From the human T2T-CHM13v2.0 reference genome, Homo sapiens, in assembly GCF_009914755.1 (NCBI RefSeq), contig NC_060933.1: a stretch of DNA of 64,000 nt; one strand, written 5' to 3'. The position numbers and the translations under genes are program-made. A model generated the notes under the pieces. The model made no database searches. It saw only the letters and a list, made by a program, of their open reading frames with translations, and was not told the DNA's origin. Shown in pieces: positions 22,738 to 45,091 of the stretch. How positions within the stretch are numbered: the first letter of the stretch is position 1; every line of letters starts with the position of its first letter.

Positions 22738-22809
22738 CTGACATTCTAATAATTCCGCTTTAATCCAAATCCTGACATTCTAATAATTCTGCTTTAATCC
22801 AAATCCTGA
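22738..22809. repeat. 34-bp tandem duplication (2 copies); a third dispersed copy lies at 24809-24842
   Basis: ctgacattctaataattc(c/t)gctttaatccaaatc x2. Confidence 0.9.
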
Positions 22810-23658
22810 GTGTCATTTCTTTTTTTTTTTTTTTTTTTTTTTTTTTTGAGACGGAGTCTTGCTCTGTTGTCCAGGCTGGAGTGCAGTGGCGTGATCTCGG
22901 GTCACTACGAGCTCCGTCTCCCAGGTTCACGCCATTCTCCTGCCTCAGCCTCCTGAGTAGCTGGGACTACAGGCGCCCGCCACCACACCAGCTAATCTTT
23001 TTTTGTATTTTTTTTTTTTAGTAGAGACAGGGTTTCACCGTGTTAGCCAGGGTGGTCTCGATCTCCTGACCTCGTGATCTGCCCGCCTTGGCCTCCCAAA
23101 GTGCTGGGATTACAGGCGTGAGCCACCGCACCCGGCGAGCGTCATTTCTAATACATAAACACACTCAACTACAGCAAAGTACAAAAAATGGATCTATGTC
23201 AAGTACATTAAGTATATTGATATCTTTTTCTGCATAAAGCACATTCAAAACAAAGTTAAATGAAATAGCAGGCCAGACGCTGTGGCTCATGCCTGTAATG
23301 CAAGCACTTTGGGAGTTTGAGGTGGGCGGGTTGTTTGAGCTCAAGAGTTTGAGACCAGCCTGGGCAACATGGCAAAACCCTCTCTCTACAAAAATTAGCT
23401 GGGCATAGTAGCGTGCACCTGTAGTCCCAGCTACTAGGGACGCTGAGGTGGGAAGATGGCTTGAGCCTGGGAGGTGGAGAGTGCACTGAGCCAAGATCAC
23501 ACCACTGCACACCAGCCTGGGTGACAATGCAAGAACCTGTCTCAAAAATAAATAAATAAAAATACAGTAAATAAAAACGGTGAGCCACACGAAATTTTAT
23601 ATTGCTTTGGAACTCCTAAATTATGTCAAGACCAAAAAAATAATATGGGCTTATTTAC

Positions 23659-23661
<3 letters not shown>

Positions 23662-23699
<38 letters not shown>

Positions 23700-23910
23700 T
23701 GGATATATATATATATATATATATATTCTGGATATATATATATATATTCTGGATATATATATATATATTCTGGATATATATATATATATTCTGGATATAT
23801 ATATATATATTCTGGATATATATATATATTCTGGATATATATATATATTCTGGATATATATATATATTCTGGATATATATATATATTCTGGATATATATA
23901 TATATCTAGA
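23662..23910. repeat. Compound VNTR [(AT)n TCTGG] x10
   Basis: TCTGG at 23698, 23727, 23748, 23769, 23790, 23811, 23830, 23849, 23868, 23887. Confidence 0.97.
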
Positions 23911-24326
23911 AATACAAATAAATAAAAGACGGGGAAAGATACGATAGTAAATAAAGGCCTACTGTCTGAAAAGCTTAAAATATCTGAAGGCTGGAGTGTA
24001 GTGGCACAATCACAGCTCACAGCAGCCTCAACTTCCCAGACTCAAGCCATCCTACCACCTCAGCCTCCTGAGTTTCTGGGACTACAGATGCACATCATCA
24101 TGCCCGGCTAATTTTTTTTTTTTTAAACAAAAAAAGCCTGCTACATTGTCCACTCTGATCTTGAACTCCTGAGCTCAAGTGATCCTCTCACCTCAGCCTC
24201 CCAAAGTGCTAGAATTACAGGCATAAGCCACTGTACTTGGCCTGAAATTATTTTTTAAATACATTGATATAGAACTGCTTGAGTTCATGAGTTTGATACT
24301 AGCCAAGGCAACACAGACTCCTGCAA

Positions 24327-24482
24327 GGAGGGATGGAAGGATGGAAGGTAGGTAGGTAGGTAGGAAGGTAGGAAGGAAGGAAGGAAGGAAGGAAGGGTGG
24401 AAGGGGGGAAGCGGGGAAGGAGGGAAGGGGGGAAAGGGAGGGAGGGAAGGAAGGAAGGAAGGAAGGAAGGGGAGAGAAGAGG
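24327..24482. repeat. Purine-rich (GGAA/GGTA/GGGA)n microsatellite
   Basis: Directly visible; follows an Alu-monomer remnant. Confidence 0.92.
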
Positions 24483-26869
24483 TACACTACAAAAAATAAT
24501 GTCAGAATCATAGTAATTTTCACATTATCTCTATGAAATGGAAAACTTCTCTCTGCTTTTCTCTTTCCTCTCTTCAGGATACTGGTGAGAAGAACAGAAT
24601 TGTTAAGATATAAGACAGTTGCTCCTTCCCCTATGATCATCACATATCTGGCAGATCCCAAGACAGGCCCCACTCCTTGCAGTTGCTTTTTACAACTCTG
24701 AAGCTAAGCTTCAGGAAAGTCCTAAAAAAAATCTCAGCAGAACTGCCAGCAGCCAGCAGCCCCTCTTTCACCCAAGCTGTCAAAGGGCCTGCTGGTAAAC
24801 ATACTTACCTGACATTCTAATAATTCCGCTTCAACCCAAATCCTTTGCAAAAATCCTCAATTACACTCCACTAGCAAAAAAGCTTATGAAAGATATACTC
24901 TATAGGAATGATTTTTCAAGTGGCTCCAGCTTGAATGCAAACTCTGCTCCACACTTACGACAACTTACTATCCAGCAAGGCCAACTGATCAAGCTAAGAA
25001 CAAAAACCAAAACAAATAAAAAATAGGTAGGTAGTTTGCCTACATAGCTGCTTTTATATAAAGCGAACGTAATAGATTTTGACAGTAAAATTAAGTGCCC
25101 ATTTTGTCGCCCAGATAGTTTAAATGGACTATGTTTTTGATTGTTTGCATTCTGTTCCTATTCACCGGTATATATACTGATGAGAAAATTATATGAACAG
25201 CCACCATACAGTCCCAGTAAGAATAGGAAGAACAGGTCAAATAAAACACCATACCCCCTGCAGAATTTATCTAGCATACTTGCGATTAAGAAAAACTATG
25301 GTGATTTTACATGGTCTGTTAACTTTTATTTATTTGGGGTTTATTAGTCTAAATAGAACCAAGGTAAACATATCAACTTTTTCCTCAAAGTAATAACAGT
25401 ACCCATCCTAACAGATACTCAATCTCCAATTCACTGGTTATCCCCTATAATGTGTGGTGTTTTTTTTTGTTTTTTTTTTTTTGTTTTTGAGACAGAGTCT
25501 CACTGTCACCCAGGCCGGAGTGCCATGGCATGATCTCGGCTCACAGCAACCTCCGCCTCCCAGGTTCAAGCAATTCTCTGCCCCGGCCTCCAAGTAGCTG
25601 GGACTACAGGCACATGCCACCATACCCAGCTAATTTTTTTGTATTTTGAGTAGAGACAGGGTTTCACTATGATGGCCAGGCTGGTCTCGAACTCCTGACC
25701 TCGTGATCTGCTCGCCTCGGCCTCCAAAAGTGCTGGGATTACAGATGTGAGCCACGGTGCCCGGCCCCCCTATAATGTGTTTTTATAACAATAAATCTGT
25801 CTGATTTATGACATGGATCAGCTTGTAATCCTTAAACATGTCTCTAAACAACCAATCCAAATACATACTGTGACTAGATTCCTACTGTCAAAGGGTAAAA
25901 GTAAAGGATTCAACAGTGTAGTCAGTAGTGGGATTTCAGTCATGAAGATTTGACGATTTCTCTAAGACGCCCACTAATGCCAGCAGAAGCATGTGAGAGA
26001 TCAAATACCCTAGGAAAGAAAACCCTCTCCCTGGTAAGAGGGGAAGAAGCTGGGTTACTATGTATTCCTAAAACCTTAAGAACAAAGGAATATCAGAACA
26101 ATGATATTTTAACCAGAACAGGGTGGTAAGGACTAATCACACACATAACGTTGGTCTTATACTGTGACCGCCCTCCCTGGTGAGACACAGTAAAATTTAG
26201 GGGTCAATAAAGTCATTTTATTCTTTCTTTTTGTTACCTTCTATTTTCTTTTTCTTCCCAAGGTGTGTACTTCAGGGTTTAGGACCTAATAAATTAGCAG
26301 AGGTGTACGTGCCAACACTCTTCGTTGCCATCTTTCTATCTTTGACAATAGTAAGTTTGAAACTTACTTTACAGAAACCTGGTCCTAAATATAAAAAATA
26401 CTAAGCAGTTTCAGCTTGTGGAAGACAGAATTATACTTGGTTTTTACCAATTTACTATGTGGCATATGACAAGAAACTTTACCTAGAATAATACTGAATC
26501 CCTGGGATTTTTTTATTTGAGACAGAGCATCACTCTGTCACACAGGCTAGAGTGCAATGGTACAATCTCGGCTCACTGCAGCCTCCACTTCCCCCAGTTC
26601 TCGTGCCTCAGCGTCCCGAGTAGCTGGAACTACAGGCACACACCACCATGCCCAGCTAATTTTTGTATTTTTATTAGAGATGGAGTTTTACCATGTTGGC
26701 CAGGGTGGTCTCGAACTACTAATGTCAAGTGATCTGCCCACCTTGGCCTCCCAAAGTGCTGGGATTACAGGTATGAGCCACCACACCCGGCCTGAATCCC
26801 TGGGATTTAAAAATATGGTCTCCAATTTAGCCTCAGCATTAAGGAAGTATCATCTAAGAAATTTGCAGG

Positions 26870-28950
<2,081 letters not shown>

Positions 28951-28961
28951 GTGAGGACTAG

Positions 28962-29040
28962 AGCAAAAAGACTACAACTCACTGAAAGCTCAAATGATCA
29001 TAGCCTTTTTTAGCAATAAAGTATTTTTAAAATAAGGTTT
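28962..29040 (+). mobile_element. Tigger1-like fragment
   Basis: caaaaagactacaactcactgaaagctcaaatgatc...ttagcaataaagtatttt. Confidence 0.55.
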
Positions 29041-29348
29041 AAAAAACCCTATTGCATTGTATTCCAAACGTAATACAATTATAATTTGTCAATGCTTTTG
29101 GTTAGAGCTTTAAGTTTTAAATTATTCATAGGGCTTTCTCAGCTCATCCAAAAACAACCCTTTGGTTTCTTCAAAACTACATAACCCAAAATAGTTCATT
29201 TACAGGCATCAGTAAACAAATGATCAGATTTTAGATGACCTGCTATTCTTTCAGAACACACTGCCATCCCTAGTCACAGTCCAGCAACGCAACTGCCTGC
29301 TTCTTCCCCCTAATTGAAAGCATTTTCTTCCCTCTTACTCTAGCTTAC

Positions 29349-29426
29349 CTCTACCCCGGGCTCGCTTGCCACGATCTGAAGGTTTGTCCACTTGATTGCA
29401 ATCAATTCCATTTTCTTCACCTCTAA
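29349..29426 (-). CDS. UBAP2: UBAP2 exon 6 (78 nt, FRGEENGIDCNQVDKPSDRGKRARGR)
   Basis: Acceptor ttttccccctag|TT, donor GAG|GTAAG; phase 1-1. Confidence 0.96.
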
Positions 29427-29599
29427 CTAGGGGGAAAAGAGCAGAAAAATCAAATTTCCATTTCCAAACCTCTTGTACATAACCTTATCAAGCACCTATT
29501 AAAGGCAAAGAAGGAATGACAAACAGGCTACAATTTAAACAACGGGTTCAAAAACAGGAAAAACAAAAACAAAAGTGACTTAAAAACTGAATGAGGTCA

Positions 29600-30083
<484 letters not shown>

Positions 30084-30539
30084 CTACTCAGGAGGCTGAG
30101 GTGGGAGGATCACCTGAGCCCAGGGAGGTCAAGGCTGCAGTGAGCTGTGATCATGCCACTGCACTTCAGCCTGGGTGAAAGAGTGAGACCTTGTCTCAAA
30201 AAAAGTGAAAAAAATATATATATATGAAATCACATCTTCCTTAATTCACATGAAAATTCTGAAAATAAATTAACATACTGATTTTTCTTTCTTCTTTGTG
30301 GACTTGCTGTGAAGTTTTTGCTTCAAAAAAACTACTTCCATTATGCAACTACGTTAATGTATCACAGAATTTGCTCATTAATTAGGTTCAAAGCCTGGAA
30401 AGGCACAGAATAGCAAAATAGCAATACCAAGGAAACCCTGAGTTCTTAGAAAAACTAAAGTGTTGGAGTTGGGTTTTTCTAGGATACTAACAGGAAGATG
30501 CCAACACGCAGTCTTTTCTTTTTCTCATCCCTATATTGG

Positions 30540-30900
30540 CATTAATAGCTCTACATAATACAGAAATTTTATGAAGGATATTGGCATGGCTTGCTCCCCT
30601 CACCTCTTTCAGAGGCTGACTCACATGAATTCCAGTGAGGCTTTCCTTGGCAACCCACTTAAATTTGCCAGACCTCTTCCCATAATTTGCATCTCTGTTT
30701 TTCCCTATAACATAATTTCTACATAACATCATTAAAATATATTAATATAAAATATTTTATTTTCTTTATTGTTACATCCCATTTGACCTTCATTAAAAGT
30801 TTTAGAAAGGCAAAGATTTTACTTACTTTATTCATTGCTGTATGCCTATAAAAGTATCCACTACATAGTAGATACTCAATAAATATCAGTGGAATATATG
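30540..30900 (+). mobile_element. L2 3' fragment
   Basis: ttcattgctgtat...catagtagatactcaataaatat terminal motif. Confidence 0.55.
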
Positions 30901-31561
30901 AGACAGCAAGAGTCTCAGGGTGATATGTTAAATATTTACATTTTATTCTTTCATAACTTAGCTACACTGACACACTGCCAGAGCAGACAAGGTTGTTTTG
31001 CATAAACAGTGACAAAACCTAGAAAACCTAGGTCTAATGGAAATGAGACCTGCCTATGAGAAATCCTGCCTATTCAGCAACTTTCCTCTTAATCTAACCC
31101 TTGTCTATACCATGAGTGTCTATAAATGGAGAATATAAAACAGCTTTATCTACCTGTAACTAAATGGCCCCTGGCCCCTTCTTTGCCACACACACACCAT
31201 TCTAAAATTAACAAATGTGTCTGACTCATAACAGAAGGGAGTCATCACACTACACAACCACCTGCCTACAGCCCAGGTCAATGCTGATACGAAACCACAT
31301 GGGAGGCGCTTATGAAACTACTCAGGTGCCACTCATTTCTAGTGTTAACTATTAGAACAAATTCTGCATTGAGGAAACGAATTTATGAGCATACTATGGA
31401 CTAATCTTTCAGTCGTTCAGAATGTATGGAAACTAAGAAAAAATTTGAGAAAGCTGAGCGCAGTGACTCATGCCTGTAATCCCAAAACTTTGGGAGGCTG
31501 AGGCGGGAGGGTCACTTGAGATGAAAGAAGAGAAAAAACTGAGGAGAAAGTCTGTACTTAC

Positions 31562-31715
31562 ATTCTCTGCCACGATTGCCGCCTCTTCCTTTCCGGTTGT
31601 TGTTTCCACGTCCACGACTCGATTCTTTCTCGCTTTTCTTCTCTCTATTCTCTTTGTTTTCTGAATTTTCTTTTGCAAAATTCTTTTTCTTACACCCTAC
31701 AGTCTCCCATGAAGT
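31562..31715 (-). CDS. UBAP2: UBAP2 exon 5 (154 nt, TSWETVGCKKKNFAKENSENKENREKKSEKESSRGRGNNNRKGRGGNRGRE)
   Basis: Acceptor ctgatag|ACT, donor AAT|GTAAGT; phase 0-1. Confidence 0.96.
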
Positions 31716-31792
31716 CTATCAGAGAGAACGGCTGTTAATCATTTATCATTCAAAGTGTGTACAATTATCAAAGGCACATGCATGTATCTTTC

Positions 31793-37949
<6,157 letters not shown>

Positions 37950-37955
<6 letters not shown>

Positions 37956-38260
37956 AAATATATAAATATATATATTAAATATAAATATATATATTAAGTA
38001 TATATATTTATATATTATTAAACAAATATTATAAATATTATATATAATATATATTAAATATATAAATATATTTATATTATTAAATATATATATTTATATT
38101 ATTAAATATATAAATATATTTATATTATTAAATAAATATATTATTAAATAATTTAATTTAAAATTAAATTATTTAAAATTTAAAATTATTAAATAAATAT
38201 ATATTTATAAATAAATATATACATATGTATAAAAACTATAATATATAAATATAAATATAT
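37950..38260. repeat. AT-only low-complexity tract grown from an Alu tail
   Basis: ~310 nt of nearly pure A/T. Confidence 0.92.
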
Positions 38261-38810
38261 ACACACAGCAAAATTTTAGGGCTGACAAGTGCCTGGTGTA
38301 GCTTTAGCTGTATCCTTCTTAAAATCCAAGGCCTGAGCTCATGAGCCTGCAAGCTCACCAAACTTAACCCAATATTAAAAAAAAAAAAGAAAACTTAATA
38401 TTCCACATAAGCAAATACATATACCAGCAAATCCTGGTTTTCTGTTATAATAGAGATGTAAGAAGTAATCAGAGGTGAGGACTGAGATGAAGAAACATAA
38501 GCAACAGAGCCAAGAGATGCTTTTCAGGTGGGGGTGGTGAAAATATACACAGGCACAGAGATTTTTGGAAACTGTAAGGCTGGAGTAGATCACCAAGTTC
38601 TCTTTCAAGTCATCAGATTCTACGACTTCATGAAGAAACCATACATAACAAAAACAGTCTTTTCAGGTAATCGTTCTTTCTGGAACTTAAAACAAATATG
38701 GAATGGCACCATAATCCATTCCATCCCTACCCCCAAACAAGGTGAAGTTGAAAATGTGCTACGGAATTGGAGACAAATGTAAACAATGCAAATCAATTAA
38801 TAATACTTAC

Positions 38811-38921
38811 TGTGTCTGAATTCCCTTCCAGCAATATATTGATAGCTTTGTTCACATCTCCATTACAATCATGTAGGGCCACTATGCATTCATCCTGATT
38901 TTTCCCTGTCACTTCCATAAG
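38811..38921 (-). CDS. UBAP2: UBAP2 exon 4 (111 nt, LMEVTGKNQDECIVALHDCNGDVNKAINILLEGNSDT; UBA domain core)
   Basis: Acceptor ttcactag|CTT, donor ACA|GTAAGT; UBA-like helical pattern; phase 0-0. Confidence 0.96.
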
Positions 38922-39959
38922 CTAGTGAACATATCAGAAAATGGTTAGAGGCAAACAAAAAACTGGCACTTGATATTAAGATTCTTCTATACAAATACAG
39001 AATTACATAATCCTTCTACATGAAGATGGCCTCTTCTAGACTCTTGAGTTTACAATGAGGACATGTTTACTTATTTTTTTGTGGCCATTCCATGCACGTC
39101 TTTTCACTAACACTGGTAGAATCTAACTACAAATCAATCTTCCTCCAAGTTGACCAAGGAGCAGATCATTAATCAGCAGCACACACATACGTACCAACAT
39201 TCTCAGAATACCCAAGATCAAGTATCTGAATAATCAAATTTAATTCAAGCACACAGGATTCCTAAACTTAAATATGAGGTGGAACTATATGAGTACACGG
39301 TCATCATTCATGGAAAATCCAATACAAATTTTTTGTCAGGGACAATATTCCATATGCTGGCTTTCACCATTTGGATTAGAACACTTCAAAGGCCAGCCGC
39401 AGTGGCTCACAACTATAATCAACACTTTGGGAGGCAGAGACGAGAGGATTGCTTGAGCCCAGGAGTTCGAGACTGGACAATATAGTGAGACCTCATCTTT
39501 ACAAAAAATTAACCGAGCGTAGTGGTAGGAGGATTGCTTCAGCCCTGGAGGTGAAGGTTGCAATAAGCCATGATTGTGCCACTGCACTCTAGCACAGGAG
39601 ACAGAGCGAGACCCTGTCTCCCCCCTCAAAAAAAAGAAGAAAAAACATCATTCCATGTACATACTAAGTTATATGACACCCTGAAGTCTTACAAGTGGAA
39701 TTCTGCTACTATCACAAAACACACTCCTAGACATATTTTCTCAAGGATCTTCAACATGGTGCTATGCTTGAAGTAATGATGAAAGAAACTCTTCAGTTTA
39801 TTCTCATTAGCAAGAGATACTTGTTACTTAGCATTTTCATCACTAGAACGATCACAGACTAGGCAAAATGCAGGTTTCTCAAGTATCAGTGAATAAATCT
39901 ATGATTTAATATCTATTGCATTTTAACTACATTTAACTATTTTAACATGTACTAGCTGA

Positions 39960-40090
39960 AGTTCAAAACAGCTTGATCCCAACATATCAAGTGATTTGTC
40001 TATGGTCACAAAGGTAATTAATAGCAAAGCCCATCTAGAACCCAGGCCTCCTGATCTCATAATCACAGCTCTCTGCACTATACCATTTGG
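39960..40090 (-). mobile_element. MIR fragment
   Basis: gtgatttgtctatggtcaca...tagaacccaggcctcctga...ctctgcactatacca. Confidence 0.55.
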
Positions 40091-40832
40091 CCTCCCTGCT
40101 TTCATCTTTTCATTTTATCAAGCAGCAAAAGTTCTGCATACTCTATAGCTTTCTGATGCTTCAGTCTTTGGATAGCTACTAATAAATGTCTCATTTTTAT
40201 CAATGATCTGTACTAAGTGAATGCCTGCAACATACAATTTTTAAGACACACAGTCAACATCAAAATTTCCCCAGTGATCAGATTATTGACAGACAGAACT
40301 AAAATTAGAACTTAAATCTCTGAACTCCTGGGCCAGTGTTCTATCTATACTATTCAGATAAAAGGCAATGTAATATACAGAAGTATATCTCAAACTGTAT
40401 GAAGATCTCATTCCAGAGAAAGAAATCTATGATTTCTTGTGAGACAAAACAAGATTTCATTGTGAGACCTTTACTCCAAAGAACAATTATTAGACGACAT
40501 CTACCAAGAGTTGGAATATCTGGCACTGAGGTAGCGGTTACAGCTTGGTTTCTAGGATCTTGATGAGAAAGGGTCAGCAAAGAAGAGTTAGAAATTAAGA
40601 CTAAGTTATCAAAAATACCTCTTATTAAAGTTCAAAATGAAGACATTGCCTTAAAATTTAATTTTATACTTTTCCAACAAGAGTATGAAATCACAACCAT
40701 GTTTGAAATGGCAATTCAGGCCAGTAATCCTGTAATCCCAGCACTCTGGGAGGCCAAGGCAGATTGCTTGAGCCCAGGAATTCAAGACTAGCCTAGGCAA
40801 CACTGCAGGACTCTGTCTCTACAAATATTTTA

Positions 40833-41018
<186 letters not shown>

Positions 41019-41374
41019 TCATCTCTAACATTAAACACAATTCCCAGAGACTGTGCCAAATGTTAGATATACTTTCTATGCACAGGTATCGGAAAACCTC
41101 AGTGTGCTTACAGAAATGTCTGGTTCAATGTTCACATGTAAACACTAGTAACTCAGAAAGATTATATTGTAAGGCAGGTGAACGTATTCAATTCCTTCAC
41201 TTGCCCACCAATAAAGGTATTTTTAATCACAAGTCCAAAATCCAATATACAGATTTCAGGTGAGACTAGAAGCTAGAAGTAATACTTTAAAACAAAAATC
41301 TTTACTGAAATTATCTTTTTAAGCACAATCAAAATAGATTATAAAAATGATGATATCCTTTGCCAGAAACATAC

Positions 41375-41452
41375 CTGCTTAACTTTAGCTTCAAAATCTG
41401 AATCATTCTTATCAAAGATCACTTGAGCGAGACGCATCTGTTCAGCTGTTGC
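41375..41452 (-). CDS. UBAP2: UBAP2 exon 3 (78 nt, ATAEQMRLAQVIFDKNDSDFEAKVKQ)
   Basis: Acceptor tttccag|GCA, donor CAG|GTATG; phase 0-0. Confidence 0.96.
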
Positions 41453-42168
41453 CTGGAAAGTACATACAATTGTTAAGGATTTGAACACCAAAAGCATAAG
41501 TTAGATTCCAAAATCTGGGTCAAACAGATAAGGCTCTCAAGCACTAGAAATACTAAGTAACAACAAATAAAAGACAGTGAATTTAGGCCTCTCAACCATA
41601 TATAACCTGTTCCCATAGGAAAAATAAGCATCAAATTAAGTAACATAAAGGACCCATTCCTTTGACCAAACGACCTAAAGCTATTGTTCATCTTAACTGG
41701 CCAATGACTTACTTGAATTTTCTTTCCCTTGGTAGAGTGGGGGAAATCAGCTCAAGAGAAAGCAGAAGAACAAAAAATAATAAAATCTTGGCGGGGCATG
41801 GTGGCTCATGCCTTTGGGAAGCCAAGGTAGAAGCACTGCTTGAGCCCAGGAGTTCGAAATTAGCCTGGGCAACATAGAGAGACCCTGTCTCTATTTAATT
41901 TTTAAAAAGATTAAAAAAAAAAAAGGCTTAAAAAGTAATGAAATCTTTAGAGGTAGTTGGTAAGCAAAAAATAATAAAAGAAAAAATAAAAGGTAATGCA
42001 AACAACTGCCCAGACACAGGCTTAGAACTTTGTGTCAAAAAAGCTCTGTTGTCAGGTCTAAAAAGGTATGCTGGTCAGTTCTGAAGAAAAAAAGCTGTAT
42101 TTAGCTAAATTAAAAATATTTTTAAAGTTACATTATCTTTTTTATACACAATAATTTTGTTTTTCTAA

Positions 42169-42342
<174 letters not shown>

Positions 42343-42370
42343 TAGCTGGAGTGCAGTGCCGTGATCTTGA

Positions 42371-42712
<342 letters not shown>

Positions 42713-43778
42713 TAATTTTTTAAAGGTAGGGTCTCATTCTGTCCCCTCAGACTGCGGTGTAGTGATGCCATCATAGCTCACTGCAGCCTCCAACTCCTGA
42801 GTTCAAGAGATCCTGCCGCCTCAGCCTCCCATGTAGCTTGGACTACAGGTGCGCACCACCACATCTGGCTATTTGCAGAAAAACTATTTACTTTTGTCAC
42901 TCAAAATATTTTTTCAATCACATTACTGACTGAAGTTTCGTTTTCTGATGTTTTTACCAACAAAAAATCAGAAAAGTTCTAAAGAAAGTTATTCTTCTGT
43001 GGCGTGACTTTGTAATGTGCCAGTCTGGTTTCTTAGTTTTAACGAAGGTACCGTAATTATTACAACAGGGAAATTAGGTGAGGAATATACAGGAACAATC
43101 TGTATCATCTCTGTACAACGGTCTATTAAATCTAAAATTACTCCAAAATAGTTTAAGTTGCCTCGCTAACCAAGTCTATACTAACTCCCAACACAAATAT
43201 TTAAAAAGCTTAACAGTTTACAAAAAGATCTTAGAGGAAGAAAAGCCATAAGGAACTAATAAACAGCTTTTATTCTGAGTTTTTTATATACACTCATTTC
43301 AAATAATCTTGACTAAAGTGGGATAAGTGGGAGTTGTTGACATTTTTTGCATTTTAAAGCACTTTTCAAAAGGCCTTTCCAGGCCATGTGGGTGGGTGAT
43401 TATACAAACTCCAGGTGCTTTGGCCTGTTCATCCCAACCTATGCCTGCTGAGACCTCAGTTTAACTGCTGCAATACTGCTACATTATACCCAAAAAGACA
43501 TTGGTACAGAAATTCAGTGTCTACCCTTACTGAAAATCTTACCTCAATTGTTCCCTGTAAATGTAAGGACCTTACATATACTCTCACTATCCCTAAATCA
43601 GACAATCATTTTCCTGAATCATAACCAACCAATAAGTCCCAGTGCCACAGCCAAGAGCACCACTGTCGTGACAACTAGATGAAGTAAAAGGGAAAAGCAA
43701 AGGGAGAGATGGGTTTTTAAAAGATGGCATTTCCACATTATACATTTGGGTTTGGAGTAATGACAACTTGTTATGAAC

Positions 43779-44259
43779 TGTTAAAGTCAAAAATATAGAG
43801 AGAAACAAATCTCTAAGTAAAAAAGGTTTTATTTAGAAAGAATATATAAGTAGGATTGCAATCCAGGACATACATACATACACATACTAGGGTAGCCTCC
43901 TAGTGTGTCCAAAGAACACAAAGAAGGTTGGGAGTTTTATTAGAAAAAGAAATGTGACCTATTGTTTTGAAAGAAAACTCACTGGAACTACTAAAGCTTT
44001 TGGGAGCTGGTAAGCTCTGATTGGTGAGTGAACACGGTTGGTAAAACTAGACTTAGAGTCACAAGAGTTCATCTCAACAGCTAGTAGGTAAAACTGGATT
44101 TAAGGTTACAGCATGTCATTGTGGCAGCTGGCCTGCAATATAATCCCTGGGCAAGCGGTTTGTGCCCCAAGCACTTTTTTACCGTAACCCTTGGTCCACT
44201 GACTCTAAATTTAGTTGGGTATGACAAGATAACTCCAATTCATATAATCAATTTTCACA
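43779..44259 (-). mobile_element. Probable solo LTR, ERV1 class (MER67-like)
   Basis: ~480 bp TG...CA bounded element; minus strand starts TGTGAAAATTGATTATATGAATTGGAGTTATCTTGTCATACCCAACTAAA; CCAAT ~44020 and AATAAA ~43830; family assignment from memory. Confidence 0.55.
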
Positions 44260-44707
44260 AAATGAAAGTAGACTGTTAGTGTCCCTGTTGCAAGAAGCCT
44301 GTATGAAGAGTTTGCCTGTTTTCCCTAACACTATTATTTTCTGCTCCCTGTGTTTCAAACCTAAAAAATGTACCATACCAGCAGATTCAGGTAGCCTTGT
44401 TCCAATCCAAGCACCACTGATGCTCATCCCTTCCCATCATTACAGTTTCTTAAATTATAAGCTTTACAAGTCAAACACAAGAAAAATTGAAAAATCCATA
44501 AAGTGACCATCTAACACCAAAACTATTTATGTATTTGGTATTTATATTTTTTCATTAAAAAAAAAAAACAAAAAAACAGGGTTTCTCTCTGTGTTGGAAT
44601 GCAGTGGCACAATCACAGCTCACCATGGCCTCGACCTCCCAGGCTCAAGCACTCCTCTGACCTCAGCCTCCTGAGTAGCAACCATGGCAGCCACCATGCC
44701 TGGCTAA

Positions 44708-44917
<210 letters not shown>

Positions 44918-44920
44918 TGA

Positions 44921-45091
<171 letters not shown>

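Noticed and set aside
23580-24020. IY-repeat ORFs and CRISPR-like periodicity
   Set aside because: Spacers are (AT)n rather than unique sequence; eukaryotic VNTR with no cas genes
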